Assembly: GCA_965218375.1 (NCBI GenBank) | Contig: OZ244618.1 | Location: forward strand, 1,020,705 to 1,084,704 | Reading direction: 5' to 3' | Origin: Alphaproteobacteria bacterium | GTDB taxonomy: Bacteria; Pseudomonadota; Alphaproteobacteria; G965218375 | DNA length: 64,000 nucleotides | Shown here: piece by piece, positions 30,993 to 38,951 of the stretch | How the letters are laid out: each line of letters opens with the position of its first letter | How positions within the stretch are numbered: position 1 is the stretch's first letter | Notes under the pieces: generated by a model | Database searches by the model: none | The model's input: the letters and a program-made list of their open reading frames with translations, nothing else | What the model was told of the DNA's origin: nothing | Translations under genes and position numbers: made by a program

Positions 30993-33032
30993 ATGCACAA
31001 AAAAGATCTAACAGATACACCTATGTTTGGGGTTCCGCGCGCGACTTATCAAAATGCTAATCGCCCAGAAAGCGGCAAGGTATTTCGCCTCACATCTGAA
31101 TACCGCCCCAGTGGAGACCAACCCCAAGCAATTTCTGGACTCTGTAACGGACTCAATAATAACGAAAAAAATCAGGTGCTTCTTGGAGTGACAGGCTCTG
31201 GAAAAACGTACACCATGGCGAACATTATTCATAATTTGCAGCGCCCTGCCTTAATTATGGCCCACAACAAAACCTTAGCTGCACAATTATATTCTGAAAT
31301 GAAAAGCTTTTTTCCAGAAAATGCTGTGGAATACTTTGTTTCCTATTATGACTACTACCAACCTGAGGCATACGTCCCCCGCAATGATCTCTTCATCGAG
31401 AAAGAAGCAACCATCAATGAACAAATTGACCGCATGCGCCACTCTGCAACCCGTTCTCTCTTAGAGCGGGATGATGTGATCATTGTTGCGTCTGTTAGCT
31501 GTATTTATGGTATCGGCCCTGTTGAAATGTACGCGGCCATGATCATTGACCTCTCTGTTGGTGAGCACATTAATCAACGGCACCTTATGCAAAAACTCAT
31601 TGAACTGCAGTATGCCCGTAATGATGCCGCCTTCACGCGCGGAAAGTTTCGTGTCCGTGGTGATACGGTTGAAGTGCATCCCAGCAACTTGGAGAACCAC
31701 GCGTTACGCTTTAACTTCTTTGGAGATGAAATAGAAGAAATCTGGGAGTTCAACCCACTTACGGGCGAGAAAACCTCCCCCGTGGAGCGCGTCAGAATTT
31801 ATGCCAATACCCACTATGTTGTGCCGCGCCCGACACTCCACCAAGCGACGAAGAATATTCGCAAAGAACTCACTGAAACCCTTCAGTTATTTAGGGAGAG
31901 AGACAAACTGGTCGAAGCGCAACGCCTTGAACAACGCACCACTTTTGACTTAGAAATGATGATGGCAACGGGGACATGTAACGGTATTGAAAACTATTCC
32001 AGATGGCTTACAGGACGCGAACCTGATACACCGCCTCCGACACTTTTCGAGTACATTCCATCAAATACAATTTTGTTTATTGATGAAAGCCATGTGACCG
32101 TGAAACAAATATCTGCAATGTATAAGGGTGATCGTAGTCGCAAAACCAACCTGTCAGAGTATGGCTTTCGTTTGCCCTCCTGCAAAGACAACCGCCCTCT
32201 CAAGTTTGAGGAGTGGGAGGCCATACGCCCCCAAAGTGTTTTTGTCAGCGCAACACCTAGTCAATGGGAACTTGAGCAAACAAACGGCATATTTACAGAA
32301 CAAGTCATACGCCCAACAGGACTGGTTGACCCTGACGTGGCCATCCACCCCGCAGAAAATCAAGTCGACCACCTTATGGAAGAAGCAAAGAAGGAAATTA
32401 AAGATGGTGGTCGCATTCTTGTCACCACTCTTACCAAAAGAATGGCGGAAGATTTAACGGAATACCTCCAAGAACATGGGCTGCAGGTACGCTACTTACA
32501 CAGCGATATTGATACCTTAGAGCGTGTCGAGATTATACGAGAATTACGCGTGGGCACCTATGACATATTGGTGGGAATCAATTTATTACGTGAGGGACTC
32601 GACATTCCTGAGTGTACCCTAGTTGCCATCCTTGATGCCGATAAAGAAGGTTTCTTGCGTTCCACCACATCCCTGATACAAACCATTGGCCGCGCAGCAC
32701 GAAATGTTAAGGGGCGCGTCATCTGTTATGCAGATACCATAACCAAGTCCCTAACGGCCGCCATTAATGAAATGGATCGACGACGGGAAAAACAAACATT
32801 ACACAATACCAAGCATAATATTACGCCTCAAACGATCCAAAGCCGAGCCCTTAATCTCATGGGTCAAGAGAAAACAAAAGACACCGCCGGCACATCATCC
32901 CCTAGAAAAGAATCCAAAACTTGTATTATAAGCCTTGAAAAAGCCATGATGATCGCCGCAGACAATCTAGAGTTTGAAAAGGCCGCAGATTTACGAGACA
33001 AAATCTCACAGATAAGACAAGGCCAATCCTAG
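30993..33032 (+). CDS. uvrB: Excinuclease ABC subunit B
   Basis: 679 aa. N-terminal YRPSGDQPQAI and Walker A GVTGSGKT, helicase motifs and the C-terminal UVR domain. An alternative start is the Met at 31023. Confidence 0.9.
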   Translation: MHKKDLTDTPMFGVPRATYQNANRPESGKVFRLTSEYRPSGDQPQAISGLCNGLNNNEKNQVLLGVTGSGKTYTMANIIHNLQRPALIMAHNKTLAAQLYSEMKSFFPENAVEYFVSYYDYYQPEAYVPRNDLFIEKEATINEQIDRMRHSATRSLLERDDVIIVASVSCIYGIGPVEMYAAMIIDLSVGEHINQRHLMQKLIELQYARNDAAFTRGKFRVRGDTVEVHPSNLENHALRFNFFGDEIEEIWEFNPLTGEKTSPVERVRIYANTHYVVPRPTLHQATKNIRKELTETLQLFRERDKLVEAQRLEQRTTFDLEMMMATGTCNGIENYSRWLTGREPDTPPPTLFEYIPSNTILFIDESHVTVKQISAMYKGDRSRKTNLSEYGFRLPSCKDNRPLKFEEWEAIRPQSVFVSATPSQWELEQTNGIFTEQVIRPTGLVDPDVAIHPAENQVDHLMEEAKKEIKDGGRILVTTLTKRMAEDLTEYLQEHGLQVRYLHSDIDTLERVEIIRELRVGTYDILVGINLLREGLDIPECTLVAILDADKEGFLRSTTSLIQTIGRAARNVKGRVICYADTITKSLTAAINEMDRRREKQTLHNTKHNITPQTIQSRALNLMGQEKTKDTAGTSSPRKESKTCIISLEKAMMIAADNLEFEKAADLRDKISQIRQGQS

Positions 33033-33052
33033 AAAGCCTCTTTGAAAAAAAA

Positions 33053-33415
33053 CTATTCAGCGCTCTTGCGTGCAAGATATTCTTTTCGCCGTTTTGTCTT
33101 GTTGCACAAAAGATCAAACAACAAATCCCACGTATATAGACCCGTACTGTGGCCATCGTCAAAAATAATACGCACCGCATAGTTCCCGACGGGTACCAGT
33201 TCATTGATCGTGATGTTTTCCTTATTTAAGACAGGTTTACCGATTCGACTTCCATGGCCTTTAACTTCGGCACTTGGAGAAAAAACGCGCAGCAGTTCTG
33301 CATCAATAACACCAGACTTGCCGTTATCAAACTCCACATATAACTCTTTTTTTTGTCTGCGCCCAATAACACGTACTGGCCATGAGCCTGAACGAGACTT
33401 AAAAAAGCCAAACAT
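33053..33415 (-). CDS. DUF971-family protein (gamma-butyrobetaine-hydroxylase-like N-terminal domain)
   Basis: Two repeats of the DUF971 signature (LLRVFSPSAEVKGH ; DDGHSTGLYTWDLLFDLLC). The ORF track extends the 5' end to 33463 across trm112; the internal ATG at 33415 immediately follows the trm112 stop. Confidence 0.55.
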   Translation of the reverse strand: MFGFFKSRSGSWPVRVIGRRQKKELYVEFDNGKSGVIDAELLRVFSPSAEVKGHGSRIGKPVLNKENITINELVPVGNYAVRIIFDDGHSTGLYTWDLLFDLLCNKTKRRKEYLARKSAE

Positions 33416-33416
33416 C

Positions 33417-33599
33417 CTAATTGAGCTCTCGCGCTTCATCAGGTAAAAGAATAGGAATTCCATCTCGAATAGGATATGCTAATCCCGCTTTCTCAGAAAT
33501 CAACTCCTGCTTTTGCCCATCAAAACGCAAGACACCTCGCGTTAATGGACACACTAAAAAGTCTAAGAGACCTTCAGGTAGTTTCTGAACTTCAGCCAT
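33417..33599 (-). CDS. Trm112/YcaR-family small protein
   Basis: 60 aa with [14 protein letters not shown]...[18 protein letters not shown], matching the UPF0434/Trm112 consensus. Confidence 0.65.
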   Translation of the reverse strand: MAEVQKLPEGLLDFLVCPLTRGVLRFDGQKQELISEKAGLAYPIRDGIPILLPDEARELN

Positions 33600-33765
33600 A
33601 ATTCCACAACCTTTCTGTAAATTAACTTAAGCATTTATCTCGCAAGAGCTTATCTAAAAGATTACGACTGGCTTATAGATCAAAAAATAGATATAAAGTT
33701 TACAAAAATATCGCACAAAATACAATTAAAGAAGCGCACACTTATCCCAGAAAAGTCACGAAAAC

Positions 33766-34458
33766 CTACACGCGAAAAGATGTGACATCACCACCAGGGC
33801 CGGCTTGCTGAACTTCCATGACCGCTGTATCTAACAAAAAACATAACACGCGCCCTTGTTCCACTAAATTTTCTGCTTCCAGTAAAGCTTGCTTCTCCAT
33901 AGAAGAGAACGGAGCGACCATAATCATAGCGCTGACCAAAGCACAATCAGAGGTACTTTTAATTGCCTGCCAATCTGCGTCTATGGACTTAACCTCAAAA
34001 TAACTCCTTAAAGAATGCTCAAGAGCTTTCCGCGGAAAATCAGTATCATCTAAGGCATAAAAATCCGAACGAAAGCGGGAATAACTCACGAGCGCTGTGC
34101 GATAACTGCCAATATTGGGCATCTCGTTTAATATTTTAAACCGGCAGATACCCGTGACAACAATTAACAGGTTTCCATCTCTCGTTTCGCTATAGTCGGT
34201 AATGATCCCAGCACAGCCAACACCATGTAATGCGGGACGTTTAGAACTATCTGCATCTTTCCACGGCTGCACAATACCAACAAAGCGATTCCCAGACACA
34301 ACATCCTTGACCATGTCTTTATGACATGTCTCAAATATATTCAAAGGCAACTCAACGCCCGGCATCAGCACAACGCCTGAGAGGAAACACAAAGGAAGAG
34401 TTCGAGGAATATTTGCATAAGAAGAACTAGACGTTTGAGAAGACGATGGTTTAAACAC
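33766..34458 (-). CDS. LON substrate-binding (Lon N-terminal) domain protein
   Basis: 230 aa. Lon-N motif LPLCFLSGVVLMPGVELPLNIFETCHKDMV. Usual partner of the thioredoxin/TPR protein downstream. Confidence 0.65.
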   Translation of the reverse strand: MFKPSSSQTSSSSYANIPRTLPLCFLSGVVLMPGVELPLNIFETCHKDMVKDVVSGNRFVGIVQPWKDADSSKRPALHGVGCAGIITDYSETRDGNLLIVVTGICRFKILNEMPNIGSYRTALVSYSRFRSDFYALDDTDFPRKALEHSLRSYFEVKSIDADWQAIKSTSDCALVSAMIMVAPFSSMEKQALLEAENLVEQGRVLCFLLDTAVMEVQQAGPGGDVTSFRV

Positions 34459-34481
34459 GAATAAAAAAACTCACAACTAAA

Positions 34482-35423
34482 TTAAACAAATAAAACACTC
34501 GACAACCGACGGCGCCCACGAACTGTTCGTGTATCCATTACTCCCCACGCATCAAACAGCGTAAGAATTTGCTTCATGACGATCTCATTATTCCAATAAC
34601 GATCTTTTTTTAATATTTCAAGAAGATAATCAATGGCCTTATTTGACTCCTTATTCATAAAATAAAGCGCCAAATTAAACAATGACTGATAGTCATCAGG
34701 GTTATTTTGTATTTTCTCTTGAAGAGTCGGCACGTCTTTTTCATCAATAGCAGCCGCTTGCTCTGCAATTGTTAACAGGGCCTTGACCGAGGTAAACTCT
34801 GGCAAACTCTTTGTCTCATCGGCTAAACTTACCCAAACCAGGTGCGCCTGCTCAAGGTTATCCAAGGATAAATACGTCTTGATGAGACCCACAAGAATAT
34901 CCACATTTTGGGGGTAGGATGTATAGGCTTTTTGGTAAATCTCTAACGCAGCCTCGTAATTACCACCTTCAACCTGATGAGCCGCCTCTTTAATAAAGGC
35001 TTCAACCCCCTCCAACTCGTTCCCTAAAGCGACAAAGTTCTGAACCAACTGCGATAATTGTGCCTCTTGCATCAGCCCAACAAAGTGGTGAATGACTTTT
35101 TCCTTATAAAAAATAAAAACCGCTGGCAAGGAATGGACACGAAAATGTTGTATCAGCTCTTTGTTCTGAGAAATATTGACTTTGACCATACGCACGGCGC
35201 CGTTTGTCGCCCGTACTGCCTTTTCGAGCATAAGGTCTAACGTGGCACAATCCGGATTGGAAGGCGCCCACAAATCAACAATTATAGGCGTTTTATTGCT
35301 TGCTTGAATAACATCAGCCTGAAAGGACCTGACATTAGTATTTGTCACAATACCATTTCCTGATTGCTGCCGAGAACTACCTAAAATCATAACTACCCCG
35401 AAAAAATAAATCGCATATTTCAA
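34482..35423 (-). CDS. Thioredoxin-domain/TPR co-chaperone (YbbN/CnoX-like)
   Basis: 313 aa with an N-terminal thioredoxin fold carrying a degenerate active site (WAPSNPDC), then TPR-like helical repeats. Confidence 0.6.
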   Translation of the reverse strand: MKYAIYFFGVVMILGSSRQQSGNGIVTNTNVRSFQADVIQASNKTPIIVDLWAPSNPDCATLDLMLEKAVRATNGAVRMVKVNISQNKELIQHFRVHSLPAVFIFYKEKVIHHFVGLMQEAQLSQLVQNFVALGNELEGVEAFIKEAAHQVEGGNYEAALEIYQKAYTSYPQNVDILVGLIKTYLSLDNLEQAHLVWVSLADETKSLPEFTSVKALLTIAEQAAAIDEKDVPTLQEKIQNNPDDYQSLFNLALYFMNKESNKAIDYLLEILKKDRYWNNEIVMKQILTLFDAWGVMDTRTVRGRRRLSSVLFV

Positions 35424-35694
35424 ACTTTTTGTTGAAACGTCAAAAATTTACTATTAGGTCAAGTTATATTATAACAGGGTTTTAGTAAAACTTTAAAATC
35501 ATCTTTATACTCATAAACAATTTCTATATTATTATTTACTTTCTCATAAAAAATCACAATAATTACATTTTGCTATAGACAAGAGCTAGGTGTTTACGGT
35601 ATTAAAAATCTGTTCTTTAAAAGACAGGTTAACCTAAATTTACTTTACAGACTAAGTAAATTTATGTAGTTAGCAAAATTGTTTTGATGAAAAT

Positions 35695-35769
35695 GCGGGC
35701 GTAGCTCAGGGGTAGAGCACAACCTTGCCAAGGTTGGGGCCGTGGGTTCGAATCCCATCGCCCGCTCCA
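35695..35769 (+). tRNA. tRNA-Gly (anticodon GCC)
   Basis: gcgggcgtagctcaggggtagagcac...cttGCCaagg...gggttcgaatccc..cgcccgctcca. Cloverleaf with a 7-bp acceptor stem, T-loop GTTCGAATC and encoded CCA. Confidence 0.9.
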
Positions 35770-35985
35770 TCAAGACAAGGTGCGCACAATACCAGTACCA
35801 AGCAGCTAACTTTATCCAGAAGAATACCCCCGTTCTTCTTATAAGGTTCACACTCAATCATATTTATAGTATTAAATTCGGGTTATTTTCCAATTGTCTC
35901 TCTTGTCGTATTGATAATTGAATAGACATGCTGTATGATAACAACCATAATACTTTGTATTATTGTTTTAATGAGTTTAAGGCAG

Positions 35986-36016
35986 TCTTATTTGAAGAGT
36001 GGGTGTGGCGTTCCCG
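35986..36016 (+). terminator. Leader terminator/attenuator hairpin upstream of rimP-nusA-infB
   Basis: agagtggg-tgtggcgtt-cccgctct followed by tttttg. An 8-bp stem plus U-tract, 52 nt upstream of the rimP start. Confidence 0.5.
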
Positions 36017-36067
36017 CTCTTTTTTGTTATTCGTACGTCAGTTTTCAAGGAAATATAGATTTAGAGA

Positions 36068-36619
36068 ATGGTAGCCCTCGCAGAGAAAATAAACAGTGTC
36101 ATCACCACGACAGTCCAGAGTATCGGCTTTCGTTCTATCCGTATTCGTGTGATTGACGCCCCTTCTCAAACAATCCAAGTCATGGCAGAGCCTTTAGACG
36201 GCTCCCTTATGACCGTTGATCATTGTGCAACTATTAGTGACACCGTTAGCCCTATATTAGATATTGAAGTGCCCGCTGCTGAAAAATATTCTTTAGAAGT
36301 GAGCTCGCCTGGGATTGACCGCCCCTTGGTTAGTCGTGAGGACTTTCAAGCCTGGACAAGCCACGAGGTTAAACTCAGCACCCGTAGACCACTTAATGGC
36401 CGTCAAAAATTCAGGGGCACGCTCCATGATTTCAATGCTACAGAAGATACGGTCATCCTTGTTTTACCAGACGCCAAAAATAAGCCTCAGGTCGCTATTC
36501 CTTTTAGTGAGATTGACAATACGAAACTGATTTTAACTGACAGCCTAATAGAACACTATAAACAAAAATACAAAACTTTGTCCGTATCTGCCGAGGGTGA
36601 CTCCGAGGTGAAATTATGA
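36068..36619 (+). CDS. rimP: Ribosome maturation factor RimP
   Basis: 183 aa. First gene of the conserved rimP-nusA-infB operon. RimP-like motifs (EVSSPGIDRPL). Confidence 0.8.
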   Translation: MVALAEKINSVITTTVQSIGFRSIRIRVIDAPSQTIQVMAEPLDGSLMTVDHCATISDTVSPILDIEVPAAEKYSLEVSSPGIDRPLVSREDFQAWTSHEVKLSTRRPLNGRQKFRGTLHDFNATEDTVILVLPDAKNKPQVAIPFSEIDNTKLILTDSLIEHYKQKYKTLSVSAEGDSEVKL

Positions 36620-36679
36620 ATATCTTTATGATTATATGCGGTTTTTTTATGAAACAAAATTTAAGTAATAGGTGAGAAT

Positions 36680-38218
36680 ATGGAAAACGGCACATTTAGT
36701 CGTCTAGAGCTCATACAAGTTGCTGAGGCTGTCGCCCGAGAGAAGAATATTGACCGTCAAATGGTATTAGATACCATGGCAGAAGCGATTCAACGTGCTG
36801 CACGCTCTCAATACGGAGCAGAAAACGAGATTAAAGCAGAAATAAATGTGCAAACTGGTAACATCAATATTTATCGCTGTTTAGAAGTTGTCCAAGAAAT
36901 TGAAAATAAAAACACCCAGATAAGTCTTGAGGAAGCACAACTGCGTAACCCTGACATTGCCATAGGTGATATTCTCACGGACACCCTGCCACCTGTTGAT
37001 TTTAGCCGTATCTCTGCGCAATCCGCAAAACAAATTATCGTCCAAAAAGTACGTGATGCCGAACGGAAGAAACAATACAACACCTTCAAAGACCGCGTTC
37101 ATGAAATGGTAAACGGGCTTGTGAAACGTATTGAACACGGCAACGTCTATGTTGACCTCGGCAGTGCTGAGGCCTACCTGCGACGTGATGAGATTCTTCC
37201 CCGTGAGAATTTGCGCAGAGGAGATAGAATTCGCGCGTACCTTATAGATGTGCGTGAAGAACCTCGCGGACCACAAATTCTTCTAAGCCGGACTCACCCC
37301 CAATTTATGGCCCTGCTCTTTACCCAAGAAGTGCCAGAGATTTATGATGGGATTATTGAAATTAAAGCTGTTGCCCGTGATCCTGGAAGCCGTGCAAAAA
37401 TCGCGGTCTATAGTGATGATCAAAGCATTGACCCCGTTGGGGCGTGTGTTGGTATGCGCGGCAGTCGTGTGCAAGCTGTTGTCAATGAGTTGCAAGGGGA
37501 GAAAATTGATATTATTCCTTGGACAGAGGATATGGCAACTTTTATTATTAACGCCCTTGCCCCTGCAGAAGTTAGTAAACTGGTGCTCGATGAAGACTCA
37601 AGACGTATTGAGGTTATCGTGCCTGATGAAGTCCTCAGTCAAGCCATTGGTCGTCGAGGGCAAAATGTTCGTCTAGCAAGCCAGCTGGTCGGATGGGATA
37701 TTGATATTATATCCGAATCCGCAGAATCTGAACGTCGACAAAAAGAGTTTGCACAGCGAAGTGAAGTATTTGTCAATATTCTGAACTTAGATGATATCAT
37801 TGGGCAGCTCCTCGCCGCAGAAGGATATACGGATATTGAAGATGTTGCAGAAGCGGATATTGAGGACTTGGCGCAAATCGACGCCTTTGACGCCGACCTT
37901 GCTGAAGAACTACAACAGCGCGCACGTAACTATATTGCCGAAAAGTCTGTAGAGGCGGAAAACGAACGTATCAGCTTAGGGGTAGAGAATGATGTTGTGC
38001 AAATAACAAAGTTCTCAGGAAACCTTTTGGTGAAACTCGGTGAAAAAGGAATTAAAACCCTTGATAACCTTGCTGACCTTGCGAGTGATGAACTGGTTGA
38101 AATCATCGGACCTGACCTATCAGAAGACGATGCTAACAATATCATTATGCGGGCACGGGCACACTGGTTTGAAAATGACCTTTCGCCATCAGAAAACCAG
38201 TCAGAAATAAATTTATGA
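36680..38218 (+). CDS. nusA: Transcription termination/antitermination factor NusA
   Basis: 512 aa with an N-terminal domain, S1, two KH domains (GxxG: IGRRGQNVRLAS) and a C-terminal acidic repeat region. Confidence 0.95.
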   Translation: MENGTFSRLELIQVAEAVAREKNIDRQMVLDTMAEAIQRAARSQYGAENEIKAEINVQTGNINIYRCLEVVQEIENKNTQISLEEAQLRNPDIAIGDILTDTLPPVDFSRISAQSAKQIIVQKVRDAERKKQYNTFKDRVHEMVNGLVKRIEHGNVYVDLGSAEAYLRRDEILPRENLRRGDRIRAYLIDVREEPRGPQILLSRTHPQFMALLFTQEVPEIYDGIIEIKAVARDPGSRAKIAVYSDDQSIDPVGACVGMRGSRVQAVVNELQGEKIDIIPWTEDMATFIINALAPAEVSKLVLDEDSRRIEVIVPDEVLSQAIGRRGQNVRLASQLVGWDIDIISESAESERRQKEFAQRSEVFVNILNLDDIIGQLLAAEGYTDIEDVAEADIEDLAQIDAFDADLAEELQQRARNYIAEKSVEAENERISLGVENDVVQITKFSGNLLVKLGEKGIKTLDNLADLASDELVEIIGPDLSEDDANNIIMRARAHWFENDLSPSENQSEINL

Positions 38219-38252
38219 TATAGTATTATGTAACCAACAAAGGGAACAGTCA

Positions 38253-38951
38253 TTGAATAGATCACAGCTCCAAGAAAACCAGACAAGCCCATCACGTTGC
38301 TGTATTGCCCGTGGTCAAATGATTCCTAAAGATGAACTTATTCGTTTTGTAGTAAATTCTGATGGTCAAGTTATGCCTGACTTAACCAACAAACTGCCTG
38401 GTCGCGGCGTGTATGTCAGCGCAAATCGGGACGCCCTTCTTACCGCCATTAACCGCAAGGCCTTTGCCTACTCCATGAAAGCAAAGGCATACGCAACACC
38501 CGCCCTCGTTGAACACACAAGTACACTGCTCCACGGACACCTCCTGAGTCAGCTGGGGTTGGCACGCAAATTTGGAGCCTTGGTTTTGGGGGTTGAGAAA
38601 ATACAAAAACTCCCTAAAGAAAATCTATCTATTCTAATACAAGCCAGCGATGCTTCTGAGAGCAATCAAAAAAAGTTTGCCACTAAAGCATTGGAACACA
38701 TCCCTAGAATTAATATATTTAATCGTGAAGAACTCAGCGCAGCCTTAGGGGCTCCCAACGTTGTTTATGCTGCAGTTATTACCTCTAAGAATTTTGGGTC
38801 ACAATCATTAAGAAAACTCAAAATAACGACAAACTGGATTTCTGGGTTTATTCCCGAAAACAGATCAACGCTTTCACCTTCGGGAAGTACCGACAATAAT
38901 ACTAGTAATGGAAATGGAATAAATGAGCAACCAAACATCACCTTCAGATAA
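38253..38951 (+). CDS. YlxR/DUF448-family RNA-binding protein with an L7Ae-like C-terminal part
   Basis: 232 aa. DUF448 signature CIARGQMIPKDELIRFV...LPGRGVYV. Sits in the canonical nusA-ylxR-infB position and ends in a Ser/Asn/Gly-rich tail. Confidence 0.6.
   Translation: MNRSQLQENQTSPSRCCIARGQMIPKDELIRFVVNSDGQVMPDLTNKLPGRGVYVSANRDALLTAINRKAFAYSMKAKAYATPALVEHTSTLLHGHLLSQLGLARKFGALVLGVEKIQKLPKENLSILIQASDASESNQKKFATKALEHIPRINIFNREELSAALGAPNVVYAAVITSKNFGSQSLRKLKITTNWISGFIPENRSTLSPSGSTDNNTSNGNGINEQPNITFR

Noticed and set aside
35818-35839. Hairpin agaagaa-tacccccg-ttcttct after tRNA-Gly as a terminator
   Set aside because: The stem is A/T-rich (weak) and lacks a clear U-tract. It may still act as a tRNA 3' processing or termination signal but is not callable with confidence.
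35645-35857. 70-aa ORF on the minus strand
   Set aside because: It overlaps tRNA-Gly(GCC) over the gene's entire length, so it is an antisense artefact.
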